Virus record (IMG/VR): IMGVR_UViG_3300020171_002227 | Location: 1 to 56,697 of that record | DNA: 56,697 nt | Strand: one strand, 5' to 3' | DNA from: a virus | Taxonomy: Duplodnaviria > Caudoviricetes | In this document: positions 40,927-49,900 of the stretch, piece after piece | Numbering within the stretch: the stretch's first letter is position 1 | Layout of the letters: every line of letters begins with the position of its first letter | The notes under the pieces: model-generated | Seen by the model: only the letters and a program-made list of their open reading frames with translations | What the model was told of the DNA's origin: nothing | Databases searched by the model: none | Position numbers and translations under genes: made by a program

Positions 40927-41040
40927 ATAAACACCCGTAGTGGTACTGAGCACTGGACTATCCGCTTTCTGCAATTCAAGGCCACGGCCGTAATAATACT
41001 CTTCCATGTCCTTTACTGTTTTAACATAGTTTCTTACCAT
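40927..41040 (-). CDS. Major capsid protein, exon 1 (38 codons; not in ORF track)
   Basis: AAGGAG RBS; MVRNYVKTVKDMEEYYYGRGLELQKADSPVLSTTTGVY, then TTT TAA if unspliced. Confidence 0.88.
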
Positions 41041-41060
41041 TTCTTTATTTCTCCTTTATT

Positions 41061-41693
41061 TTAATAATGCGCACTATTTGATTTCTGAGAATCAAGCATA
41101 TTTAATTCTTCCCATGACATTTTGCTTATGTCTTTAAATGTTACGCTCGCGCCCTTCTCAATTGGATGTCCGCTATCCACTTTAGGTTTTGCGGTCATTT
41201 GTGAAGGAGTCAATCCCATACCCTTCAATATTTCTTCAACTTGTGATTTAGTGACATTTATGTTTATATCGCTCTTTGAAGGTGAAGATGTTGATGGGGT
41301 TGCGATTGGTGCCGGTGCGGCTGCTGATTGCTGTATCTGATCAGTTGGTGCAGGAGGCATCGGTGGTGCTGCTGGTGCGCCTATCTTGCTAAGAATCTCT
41401 TGTAGTAATGCAAGAATTTGGGACATCGCATCGCCTTGACTAGGAGCGGTCATTTCTTCTGAGCCGTCACCGTTAGGTGCTGGTGCTTCAGGAGGAAAAT
41501 CTGCTTTCTTAGTTTCAGTTCCTTTATCCTCTATTTTTTTACTCGTTCCGCCTAATTTGTCCTCAAGATGCGCTGCATCGGGTGTTGACTCGTTTGGGTC
41601 AAAATCCTTTTCTTCAGCTTTCTTAAGGTATGTGTTTATTTCTGCGGCCGTCTTTCTTAAGTCAGCAACAGAATATTGTTTTAAATCTACCAT
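41061..41693 (-). CDS. Putative capsid scaffolding protein
   Basis: Acidic, P/A-rich low-complexity protein directly upstream of the MCP; C-terminal ISKMSWEEL helix. Confidence 0.65.
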   Translation of the reverse strand: MVDLKQYSVADLRKTAAEINTYLKKAEEKDFDPNESTPDAAHLEDKLGGTSKKIEDKGTETKKADFPPEAPAPNGDGSEEMTAPSQGDAMSQILALLQEILSKIGAPAAPPMPPAPTDQIQQSAAAPAPIATPSTSSPSKSDININVTKSQVEEILKGMGLTPSQMTAKPKVDSGHPIEKGASVTFKDISKMSWEELNMLDSQKSNSAHY

Positions 41694-41732
41694 ATTGTTC
41701 CTCTTTAATTGTTTTAATACCCAAACGGGCTA

Positions 41733-42500
41733 TTAATGTGATTTTTGCGCAAAATAATGTTTATCGGTTTCTTTTTCTGTTGGTTTTCGTTTTAATCTTG
41801 CGGCTTCTTGTTCTTTTGATTCTTTATAAGATGTCTGCAATGAAGAATTTCTTACATTATCACTCTCTTTCATAACTGCTTCGATTATTTCCGCAGATTT
41901 TCCGATCGGTTTTATTTTAGTATCTTCATCGGCTGCTTGCTGTCGCCTTCGTGCGGCTTCCATTTCTTTTAATTGCTCTGGCGATCTTTCAGCTTTTTGA
42001 CAAATTGAACAAGTGTGTTCCGCTTTGGCAACTTTATCGTCACCCTCAACAACAACATTTCCGCCTTCTTTTTTACATGATGCGATAATTTTCTCAATTG
42101 CAGATATATCCGCTTCACCATCGCGCATCCATCCTTCCATAACTTTTTCAAATTTATCAGTAACATCTGGACAAGTTGCAACTTTATTTATGAACTCCTT
42201 TAAGACTTCATTAGCGTCAAAATGTGGGTTGCTCTTATTGAATTTTTCAAGTATTGCCCACGCCTTCATTTTATCATTTGGTAGATACTTCTCAATGCGA
42301 GGATCATAAGATTTTTTAGATTCTAAAGGTTTTCCATCTTTATCACGCTCAGTTCTTGTAACTGGTTCATCCTCATCTGGAATATAATCTTTAGGATATT
42401 TATCTTTTTGAATCTCAAACGTGTTGTCGTCTTTCAATACCACTGTATCTCCGGTTTTTGCTATACCAATAATGTCTTCTGCGAGTATGAGTTCAATCAT
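41733..42500 (-). CDS. Charged hypothetical head-module protein
   Basis: 255 aa, K/E-rich, late motif upstream. Confidence 0.6.
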   Translation of the reverse strand: MIELILAEDIIGIAKTGDTVVLKDDNTFEIQKDKYPKDYIPDEDEPVTRTERDKDGKPLESKKSYDPRIEKYLPNDKMKAWAILEKFNKSNPHFDANEVLKEFINKVATCPDVTDKFEKVMEGWMRDGEADISAIEKIIASCKKEGGNVVVEGDDKVAKAEHTCSICQKAERSPEQLKEMEAARRRQQAADEDTKIKPIGKSAEIIEAVMKESDNVRNSSLQTSYKESKEQEAARLKRKPTEKETDKHYFAQKSH

Positions 42501-42518
42501 AATATTTTTCCTTTTATT

Positions 42519-42651
42519 ACTAACAATATAAATTTCATTTATAATATGATAAAAATTAAATTAATCTTCATCAAATGTTGTGAATATACTCAAAAGTAGT
42601 ACAATTACAACTAACAATATAAATTTCATTTATAATATGATAAAAATTAAA
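42519..42651. repeat. 42-bp exact direct repeat (42519-42560, 42610-42651), each containing the late promoter motif
   Basis: ACTAACAATATAAATTTCATTTATAATATGATAAAAATTAAA occurs twice. Confidence 0.9.
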
Positions 42652-43240
42652 ATGATCTAAATTCAACTATATTCTGCATTAATAAAAAGAAAAATGCTAC
42701 AGTATTTATAGGTTCCATATTTCTATTGCGCAATACCGAATGTCCACCATAAAAATGACAACTTTTTGGTATGTAAATTACATCTTCTTTATTGATATGA
42801 TGTGCATTAGAATTTTCAAACCACATATTTAAAGGATTAAAACCTAAATTTCGATTACGTTTATTAGTATATCTTTTATTACCCTCTTTACCTTTAGGTG
42901 TTTTTTGATATTCTTTATTACATCCTTTAAGTTCTTCTTTATTATCTTGATAATATTCTTTAATTTCCTCTTTGTGATTTTCACGATATTTTTTAGAACT
43001 TTCTTTAATTTCCTCTTTATTTTCTTGATAATATTCTTTACGTTTTTCTTTTGTATCTTGATAATATTCCTTTTGATATTTTTTAGAGTGTTCTTTACGT
43101 TTTTCTTTTGTATCTTGATAATATTCCTTTTGATATTTTTTAGAATAGTCTTTAGAGCATTCCTTAGAACAGAACACTTGCGTACTATGCTGGGTTTTAA
43201 ATTCTTTACCACAAATTAAACAATTAAGTATATGTACCAT
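42647..43240 (-). CDS. HNH-like endonuclease with Zn finger and K/E/Y-rich repeats
   Basis: CLICG…FCSKEC; SKKYQKEYYQDTKEKRKE repeat; NAHHINKEDVIYIPKSCH. Confidence 0.65.
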   Translation of the reverse strand: MVHILNCLICGKEFKTQHSTQVFCSKECSKDYSKKYQKEYYQDTKEKRKEHSKKYQKEYYQDTKEKRKEYYQENKEEIKESSKKYRENHKEEIKEYYQDNKEELKGCNKEYQKTPKGKEGNKRYTNKRNRNLGFNPLNMWFENSNAHHINKEDVIYIPKSCHFYGGHSVLRNRNMEPINTVAFFFLLMQNIVEFRSF

Positions 43241-43465
43241 TTATTTAAAATCCACAATATTCAAAACCTTATGTCCAAAATGCTTTAATTCGGTAATTTT
43301 ACTTTCAAGTTCTTCCTTAGTTGCGCCGATAAAATCAATTTTTCCATCTTTCGATTGATAGTTAATTTTATAGGCTTTCTGAATGGCATCTTTAATTATA
43401 TCCATATCGTCTTGTTGTTTTCCGTATGCCACGGAAAGTTGCATATCTAAATCCTTAATGTTCAT
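43241..43465 (-). CDS. Small hypothetical protein
   Basis: ATG 43465 overlaps the zeta-like gene stop (ATGA). Confidence 0.5.
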   Translation of the reverse strand: MNIKDLDMQLSVAYGKQQDDMDIIKDAIQKAYKINYQSKDGKIDFIGATKEELESKITELKHFGHKVLNIVDFK

Positions 43466-44394
43466 AAAATCCTCTTTGATGGTGAATAGGATGAATCCCA
43501 AAGTTCATATTCATCAACTAAATCTTTATATTTCTTTTGCGCTTCATTTATATTATTGCCTTCTTTTGCAATCCAATGCAACGGGATATATCTACCCGTT
43601 GTCATAAATCTCCTTGTTGCGCGAATTATTAATAATTCCACATTTGCCTGCACGGATACAACTTTAATTTTATAGCCAAGTTCTTTTAATCTTGCTATTT
43701 TCTTAGTTTCTTTTTCAACATCTCTCATCGTACCATCAATAATAATATTTCGCCTTTCAGCTAAACTACGTTCAATAAGCCTATCATGAATATCACGAGC
43801 TTCATCATGATACAGCATAGCATTTACACCAGTATATCCCGGTAATCGTTCTTGAATATCATCTGAATTCACATATGTAAAATCGGAACCCTTCACACCC
43901 TTATGTTTTAAAATTGTAGATTTTCCTGATGCTGGTGGACCACCGACTAATAAAGCCGCCGGCGTTTCACCATTTTTAGGTAACGAATTATCACCAATAA
44001 ACTCTTCCATAATTCTTTCATGTAATATTAATCTTTCTGGCGTATATCCACCAGTATTACTATACATGTTTTTTGATGTTCTGCCGTTATTAACGCCATC
44101 TAAAACCTTATATAATTTTGATACATTTGGCATGGAATGTATAGACTCCCACGCATGATCTAAGGTATAAGATATATTTGTTTGTGGTTGCGATTCGGCG
44201 ACTTCCCGTGACTCATAGTATATACCGCCATGTTTACCACGCTGCAATGATACACCTTTAGGCGCATCATTAGCATCTTCAACATAAACTCGTGTTTTTT
44301 TAATTTCAGATTTTTGAACACCGTTAAAAAATTTACTCATGAAGTCATTAATTACTTGTATGTCGTTTTCCTTATAACCTAATTTTGTTTGCAT
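43462..44394 (-). CDS. Zeta-toxin-like P-loop kinase with N-terminal repeated tag
   Basis: GGPPASGKST, VNSDDI, NIIIDGT, RFMTTGRYIP; tag KKTRVYVEDANDAPKG…GKHGGIYYE. Confidence 0.85.
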   Translation of the reverse strand: MQTKLGYKENDIQVINDFMSKFFNGVQKSEIKKTRVYVEDANDAPKGVSLQRGKHGGIYYESREVAESQPQTNISYTLDHAWESIHSMPNVSKLYKVLDGVNNGRTSKNMYSNTGGYTPERLILHERIMEEFIGDNSLPKNGETPAALLVGGPPASGKSTILKHKGVKGSDFTYVNSDDIQERLPGYTGVNAMLYHDEARDIHDRLIERSLAERRNIIIDGTMRDVEKETKKIARLKELGYKIKVVSVQANVELLIIRATRRFMTTGRYIPLHWIAKEGNNINEAQKKYKDLVDEYELWDSSYSPSKRIL

Positions 44395-45266
44395 CAGAAT
44401 ACCCCCATTTCCCGTAATATATTTAATCTTCCCTCTTTATATTTATATCTATCAGATGTTATGGTATCAGTAGGATATAAATATCTATTTGGTATCTTCG
44501 CTTGACTTCCCCCAACAATTTGCCTATAATCTTCTGCTAATATTTCATCCAAACTTTCGTACATTGCATTTAAACTTACACCATAATGCATTTGTACATA
44601 TTGCGCATACTTTTTAAATTTCTCATACTCAATTTTTTGAAATTCTAATTGTGTTTTTATATCTTTAAAGTTTATAAATTTATGTACTTTGGTATGTCCG
44701 ACTTCATGAATAATTGTAACGGCTCGTTTATCCTCAGTTATAAAGGATAGTTCTTCAGGTGTATAATTTGCTTCCTTTAAAATATCTTTTAACTCATCCA
44801 CCCATTCAGCATACTCGTGTTCAGATGTCGCAGGTAAATAAATATTTGTGGGATCATTAGATGATACAAAAGCAAATGCATTCGATATATTTAAGGGTAA
44901 TAAATTAAGTGTGACTCCACCCAAATCAATATTATGTTTCTTAATTAATCCATTTATATACTCTATTGATGTTGGTGCCGTGGAAGTATATTCATCATCA
45001 CCCATCATTAACATCACGTTTAAAAACTTTTGTGAATCTACAAATATGGTTTCAACACGGTTTTTTACTTGTTGTGCGGCAGGTTTAGACCTTTCCATGT
45101 CATCACTTATATAATACTGGCCGCCACGTTTACCTTCTTGTAGTTTAGCGCCCGGCGGTGCTTCAGCGGGATTTTTTACATAAACTTTAGCTTTTTTAAT
45201 TCGTGTATTGAATGATTTAATCCAATCGGCACTTTCACCACCAATATCTAAAATTATTGTTTTCAT
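44394..45266 (-). CDS. Zincin-like metallopeptidase with N-terminal repeated tag
   Basis: IIHEVGH…EILAEDY; tag KKAKVYVKNPAEAPPG…GKRGGQYY. Confidence 0.7.
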   Translation of the reverse strand: MKTIILDIGGESADWIKSFNTRIKKAKVYVKNPAEAPPGAKLQEGKRGGQYYISDDMERSKPAAQQVKNRVETIFVDSQKFLNVMLMMGDDEYTSTAPTSIEYINGLIKKHNIDLGGVTLNLLPLNISNAFAFVSSNDPTNIYLPATSEHEYAEWVDELKDILKEANYTPEELSFITEDKRAVTIIHEVGHTKVHKFINFKDIKTQLEFQKIEYEKFKKYAQYVQMHYGVSLNAMYESLDEILAEDYRQIVGGSQAKIPNRYLYPTDTITSDRYKYKEGRLNILREMGVF

Positions 45267-46519
45267 GGTAAATCTCCAACATCTTGGTCATGAAATCTAA
45301 GTTCAACGTTTCGACAATACACTTCCCTATCTTCACCAATCGTTAATATTTCTCGTTCATTTCCCATATATGCATGTGACATAAATGTTGACCAAATTTT
45401 ATCTTTTGGTATTTTTGTACTTAATATAAAACCATGTAATTGTTGGCTACCTGCAAACTTTTCCGCAACTTCGGGTTTTAATGTCCATGAACTTAATGAA
45501 TTAGATTTAACCAAAACCTTATTTTCATCTGACTCTACATCATATCCATTTATTAAATTAAATTCCTGTCGTGTTGTTCCCCTATAGATAGTAATTTCAT
45601 TGGTGTTAGGAAACATTACATCTAAAAATGATCTTGTTAATTGTTTTTGTATTTTAACATAATTATCAACTAATTCTTGCGGATATTTTCCGTGTAATTC
45701 TTGAAGTTTAACATCTATATCCTTTACCGCATCATGATATCTAATTTCGCCACCAAATTGTCTTTTAATTGAATCTTTTAATAATAATGCTAAATCAGAT
45801 GAACTTGATTGTTCCCAATCCTCTTTTGATTCTTCATGAAATTCAACATATTTACCATCATACAACATATTATAAAATTCATTTGTTGCTTCAATTACTA
45901 TTGTACTTTTCATATCATTTTTCATTATGTCATTAACATAATTTTTAAATTGTTCATTTAAATCAATTTTTCCAGTTTTATTAAAATTATCTATAATTGG
46001 CGTTAAAAATCTAACAACAGGAAGTCTTTTTGTTACAATATTTGTAAAATCTACAAATTGCGTAGCATTTAAACGACTATACTTTCCAGTATCTATTATA
46101 TTCTTAATAAATTCTAATCCACTTAAATCAATTCTATATGCAATTTTTGTATTAACGCCAACATCAACATCATTATTATATAACATTATATGTAACCCAT
46201 TTTGATCAATTCTTTCAGCAACTTTTTGACGCACTATTGGCTCTTTATCATTAATCAATTTATGTAAATGTTCCATATCACATTTATGGGCCGCTAACCA
46301 CCGAATATTAGTATCAGTATCACTAGTAAAAAAATTTATAATTTTTATATCATTTGTATGTTGTAAAACAAATTTACGCTCATCATATGCTCTATTTTTT
46401 AATTCATCACCACTACCATCATCTATTTTTTGTCTATATACAGATTCAAATGATATCGGTTGTTTATATTTACTTGGATATATTGATGATGATAGAGGTT
46501 GAATTGTCTTACCCCTCAT
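45263..46519 (-). CDS. Putative ADP-ribosyltransferase (R-S-E type) with N-terminal HEAT/LRV-like repeats
   Basis: IYRG…LSSWT…VAEKFA…NEREIL; DTNIRWLAA / DKEPIVRQKVA repeats; first ATG at 46519. Confidence 0.65.
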   Translation of the reverse strand: MRGKTIQPLSSSIYPSKYKQPISFESVYRQKIDDGSGDELKNRAYDERKFVLQHTNDIKIINFFTSDTDTNIRWLAAHKCDMEHLHKLINDKEPIVRQKVAERIDQNGLHIMLYNNDVDVGVNTKIAYRIDLSGLEFIKNIIDTGKYSRLNATQFVDFTNIVTKRLPVVRFLTPIIDNFNKTGKIDLNEQFKNYVNDIMKNDMKSTIVIEATNEFYNMLYDGKYVEFHEESKEDWEQSSSSDLALLLKDSIKRQFGGEIRYHDAVKDIDVKLQELHGKYPQELVDNYVKIQKQLTRSFLDVMFPNTNEITIYRGTTRQEFNLINGYDVESDENKVLVKSNSLSSWTLKPEVAEKFAGSQQLHGFILSTKIPKDKIWSTFMSHAYMGNEREILTIGEDREVYCRNVELRFHDQDVGDLP

Positions 46520-46610
46520 AATAATGACCACCTTGCGGACATTCTTCAATCTTTACACCTTTTGGCGCATCAGAAGGATTTTTCACATAGACTTTAGCTT
46601 TGTGTATCAT
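46509..46610 (-). CDS. 33-aa tag-only ORF, out of frame with the downstream ART-like ORF (not in ORF track)
   Basis: MIHKAKVYVKNPSDAPKGVKIEECPQGGHYYEG*; ATGA overlap with the upstream gene. Confidence 0.75.
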   Translation of the reverse strand: MIHKAKVYVKNPSDAPKGVKIEECPQGGHYYEG

Positions 46611-46984
46611 AATTCACGCAAAACTTTATTTCCATTACTATTTAAATGGTATACCGTTTTATGTTTGTCCGTTCGACTATCGATTAAATTTAATCGCCCC
46701 AACGCTTTTAATGAATCAACCATACCCGAAGAAGACATTTTATCGTTCTCTATAGTAATGTCACCACTTCTAAAATAACCTAAAACTTGTATATCATGAT
46801 GGCTTAAATCGAGATGTATTAAAGACTTCTTAATATTATCTGGATGTATCTCAATGGTCCAACTTCTTAGAATATCTCCAGTCTCATCATCAAAAGCAGA
46901 TATCTTCAAGAATTTAGCAGACATAATATCGCTTACTGGTATGCCCTGTGAGTTTAAATATCTTTCGGTTTTCATTTCAACCAT
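46607..46984 (-). CDS. Hypothetical protein (possible C-terminal winged helix)
   Basis: 125 aa; LKALGRLNLI…YHLNSNG. Confidence 0.5.
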   Translation of the reverse strand: MVEMKTERYLNSQGIPVSDIMSAKFLKISAFDDETGDILRSWTIEIHPDNIKKSLIHLDLSHHDIQVLGYFRSGDITIENDKMSSSGMVDSLKALGRLNLIDSRTDKHKTVYHLNSNGNKVLREL

Positions 46985-49900
46985 TTCCTAACAACATATT
47001 TCTTAAAAAATGACCATTTTAATGGATGATTTGCCGCTAATTGCGTTAAAGACGCGCGCTTCGCATCATCACTATATCTTAAAATTCGATCGACCGTTTG
47101 ATAGAATTCAGCAAAAGTTTCACCATTATTTCTATTTGCGTATTCTTTACTTTGATACCCCTCTGTCTGCCAAATATCCAACCATTCATTACGCAGAGTG
47201 TTGGATTTAAATTCCTGTTTCATCAACATTCGATATTTCTTCCATTGCTTTTCTTCGAACAACGTAATATTTAAATCGCGGTTTTCTTTTAACCGATGCA
47301 AAATACCATACAACGCACCATATCCTTTATCGTAATATGTTAGTGCATTTGTATGCATATCCACCATAAGACCTAATTCTCGCGCATAATTAATATCATC
47401 TAATATTTTTTCTATGTTTTCAGAACTAATTAATACTTTATGTGTTTTAAGTATTTCGACCATTTTACGATAATCATCCACACTATCAATATCCGCAATA
47501 CCTTTGATTGATGGATCGGGTATTGCATCAACACTACTCATCATTTGTTTATAAACAAAATGTCCAACTTCATGATGTATAATTCCCGCCATTTCATAAT
47601 CATCATAAATGTGTATTTCATTTGAAACATAATCAGCACAGCCACCATAAGTTGAAGTATGATCTTTACCCTCACGATCTTTCCAATTAAATTCCCTAAT
47701 GTAAGTTTTACCTAAAAATTTTATTACTGGTTTGTCGCTTTTTAAAGATGAATATTTAAATGACTCAGAACACTCTATAACCTTATTACCAATATCTGTT
47801 GGTAAATCATTAGCACTAACTAATATCCGTGCCGCATTCATATCAAAAACATCATACTTATCAGACAATTTTGTAATATCATTATATATTTCTGTTGAAC
47901 CTTTATAATATGGTGTCGCTTTTAATTCATCATAAGTTTGTATTTTTTGTGGTTCTATAATATCTGATTGATTTTCTTTTGGTGCTTCGGGTTTTGTTTG
48001 TGATGCTTCAGTTTCATAATAATGTCCACCATGTTTACCTTCTTGAAGTTTTGCTCCCGGTGGTGCTTCAGCAGGATTTTTAACATAAACTTTTGCTTTT
48101 TGAATATTACTTTCATTCAACCAATCATGAACTATTTTATATTGTTCTGGAGATTCATTTTTTAATTGTTCTGGTGCAATTATATAAAAAGTTGCAAGTC
48201 GTATTAAACCTTCAAATTCATCTCCACCATAATTAATATTTTTTAATTTATTTATTGCTTCATGTCCACGTTGTGCATCATTTGTGAAACGTTGATGAAA
48301 ACCCTCATGTATAGCAGTTTCTATCATTTGTGGAACCTTTCGTTTACTTTCTAAATATTGACCATTTAATATTGGATCTTCACCCATTGGTGCGGGTTTC
48401 CAAGCAAGAGTGCTTGATTTATATGTGTTTGGTTCTACAAATACCACCCCCTGAGCAAAATGTCCCAAATTAGATTGCGTATCAGTATATAATTTTAATT
48501 CTTTAATTCTTCCTTGCGATACTTCGGATGCTAATAATTGACCAATTTTAGATAATTCACTCACATCTTCTATTTTTTCTGATTGAGATAATAAATTATT
48601 TATTTTATTATTATTTTGTTCGGATGTTATTGGTGATATATTTGATGGTAAACTTTCGTAATAATGTCCGCCATGTTTACCCTCTTGAAGTCTTACGCTA
48701 GGTGGCGCATCGGAAGGTTGTTTTACATAAATTTTTGCTTTTTGAACTTTTTTATTATCTAATTTTTCTTCAGTTCGAACCATCTCAGCATGTTCTTTTG
48801 CTGTTAACGGTTTTCTAGAACCATCGGGTGCAACAGATTCTTCCGTATCATGATCTATTAATAGTCCACCACGGTATGTTACATATTTATTAATTTCAAT
48901 AGCATATAATTGTTTATGTGCATCTTCTTTAGTTGGATGTGTTCCTAATTTTTTGCCCGCCTCAGAATAAACACAAAATTTATCACCGCATTGACGAATA
49001 TATTTCTGTATGGGAATCGCTTTGACTAATGCCTTACCGATATTTGATCTTAAATAATCCATATACTTATCGGGTATGTCTGATACCCACACAAAATCTG
49101 GATCGTGTTTTTCTTCAACATTTCGCCACGCATTCCATAATCGCGCAACAATATTATCGCCGCTGGTGTGCGATGTATTCATAAAATTATCAATGGCAAT
49201 AACTTTATCTTTACGATCTTTAACTTGCGCAAAAATGTTTTGTACTTTTTTCACATTATCCGCAACTTCTTTATGTTCTGCTCTAAATTCTGGCAAACGC
49301 ATTACAGTATCTTTATCTGTAAGATTTCTTGCCGCCCACGCATAAAAGTTATAGACTTCAGGTAATCGTTTATCGATAAAATCAAAACTTCTATTTATTT
49401 CTTCATCATTTGCGGTGCCGGTAGATATTTTAGTATAAACATTAAGTAAATCTTTTAATTCTCGACCTTCGCGCCATTTATCCATTCTATTATAAGATTC
49501 ATTGCCGATAACATCTTCTAAACTCTTAACTTTTATTTGTGGTGGTTTTTTCTCACTTTCGGTATTAACCACACCACGTAAATAATCCATGTATTGTTTA
49601 GCCGTACGTTCAATGAATGAAAATTCACGACCGGTATCCCATAATTCAAGCCATAGAGTGGCAATTATATCTAAACCTGATGTGTGTGCCGTACCGATAA
49701 AATTATCAATCGCGATAGTTTTATCTTTACGATCTTTAGCTTGCGCAAATTCATTAATTAATTTTTTAATATTTTCTGCAATTTTTCTATGTTCTAATGC
49801 ATAGACCATATCAGGCGCAAGTACTTCGTCTTCCCGACCTTCAAAATAATACATTTGATATATTTTTGGTAAATTAGTTTGTATAAATTGAAAATTTCGA

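Noticed and set aside
42844-43219. Overlapping alternative-frame ORFs (42844-43212, 42905-43219) and similar shadows such as 13265-13726 and 54172-54442
   Set aside because: Low-complexity or antisense shadows of real genes, with no RBS or motifs.
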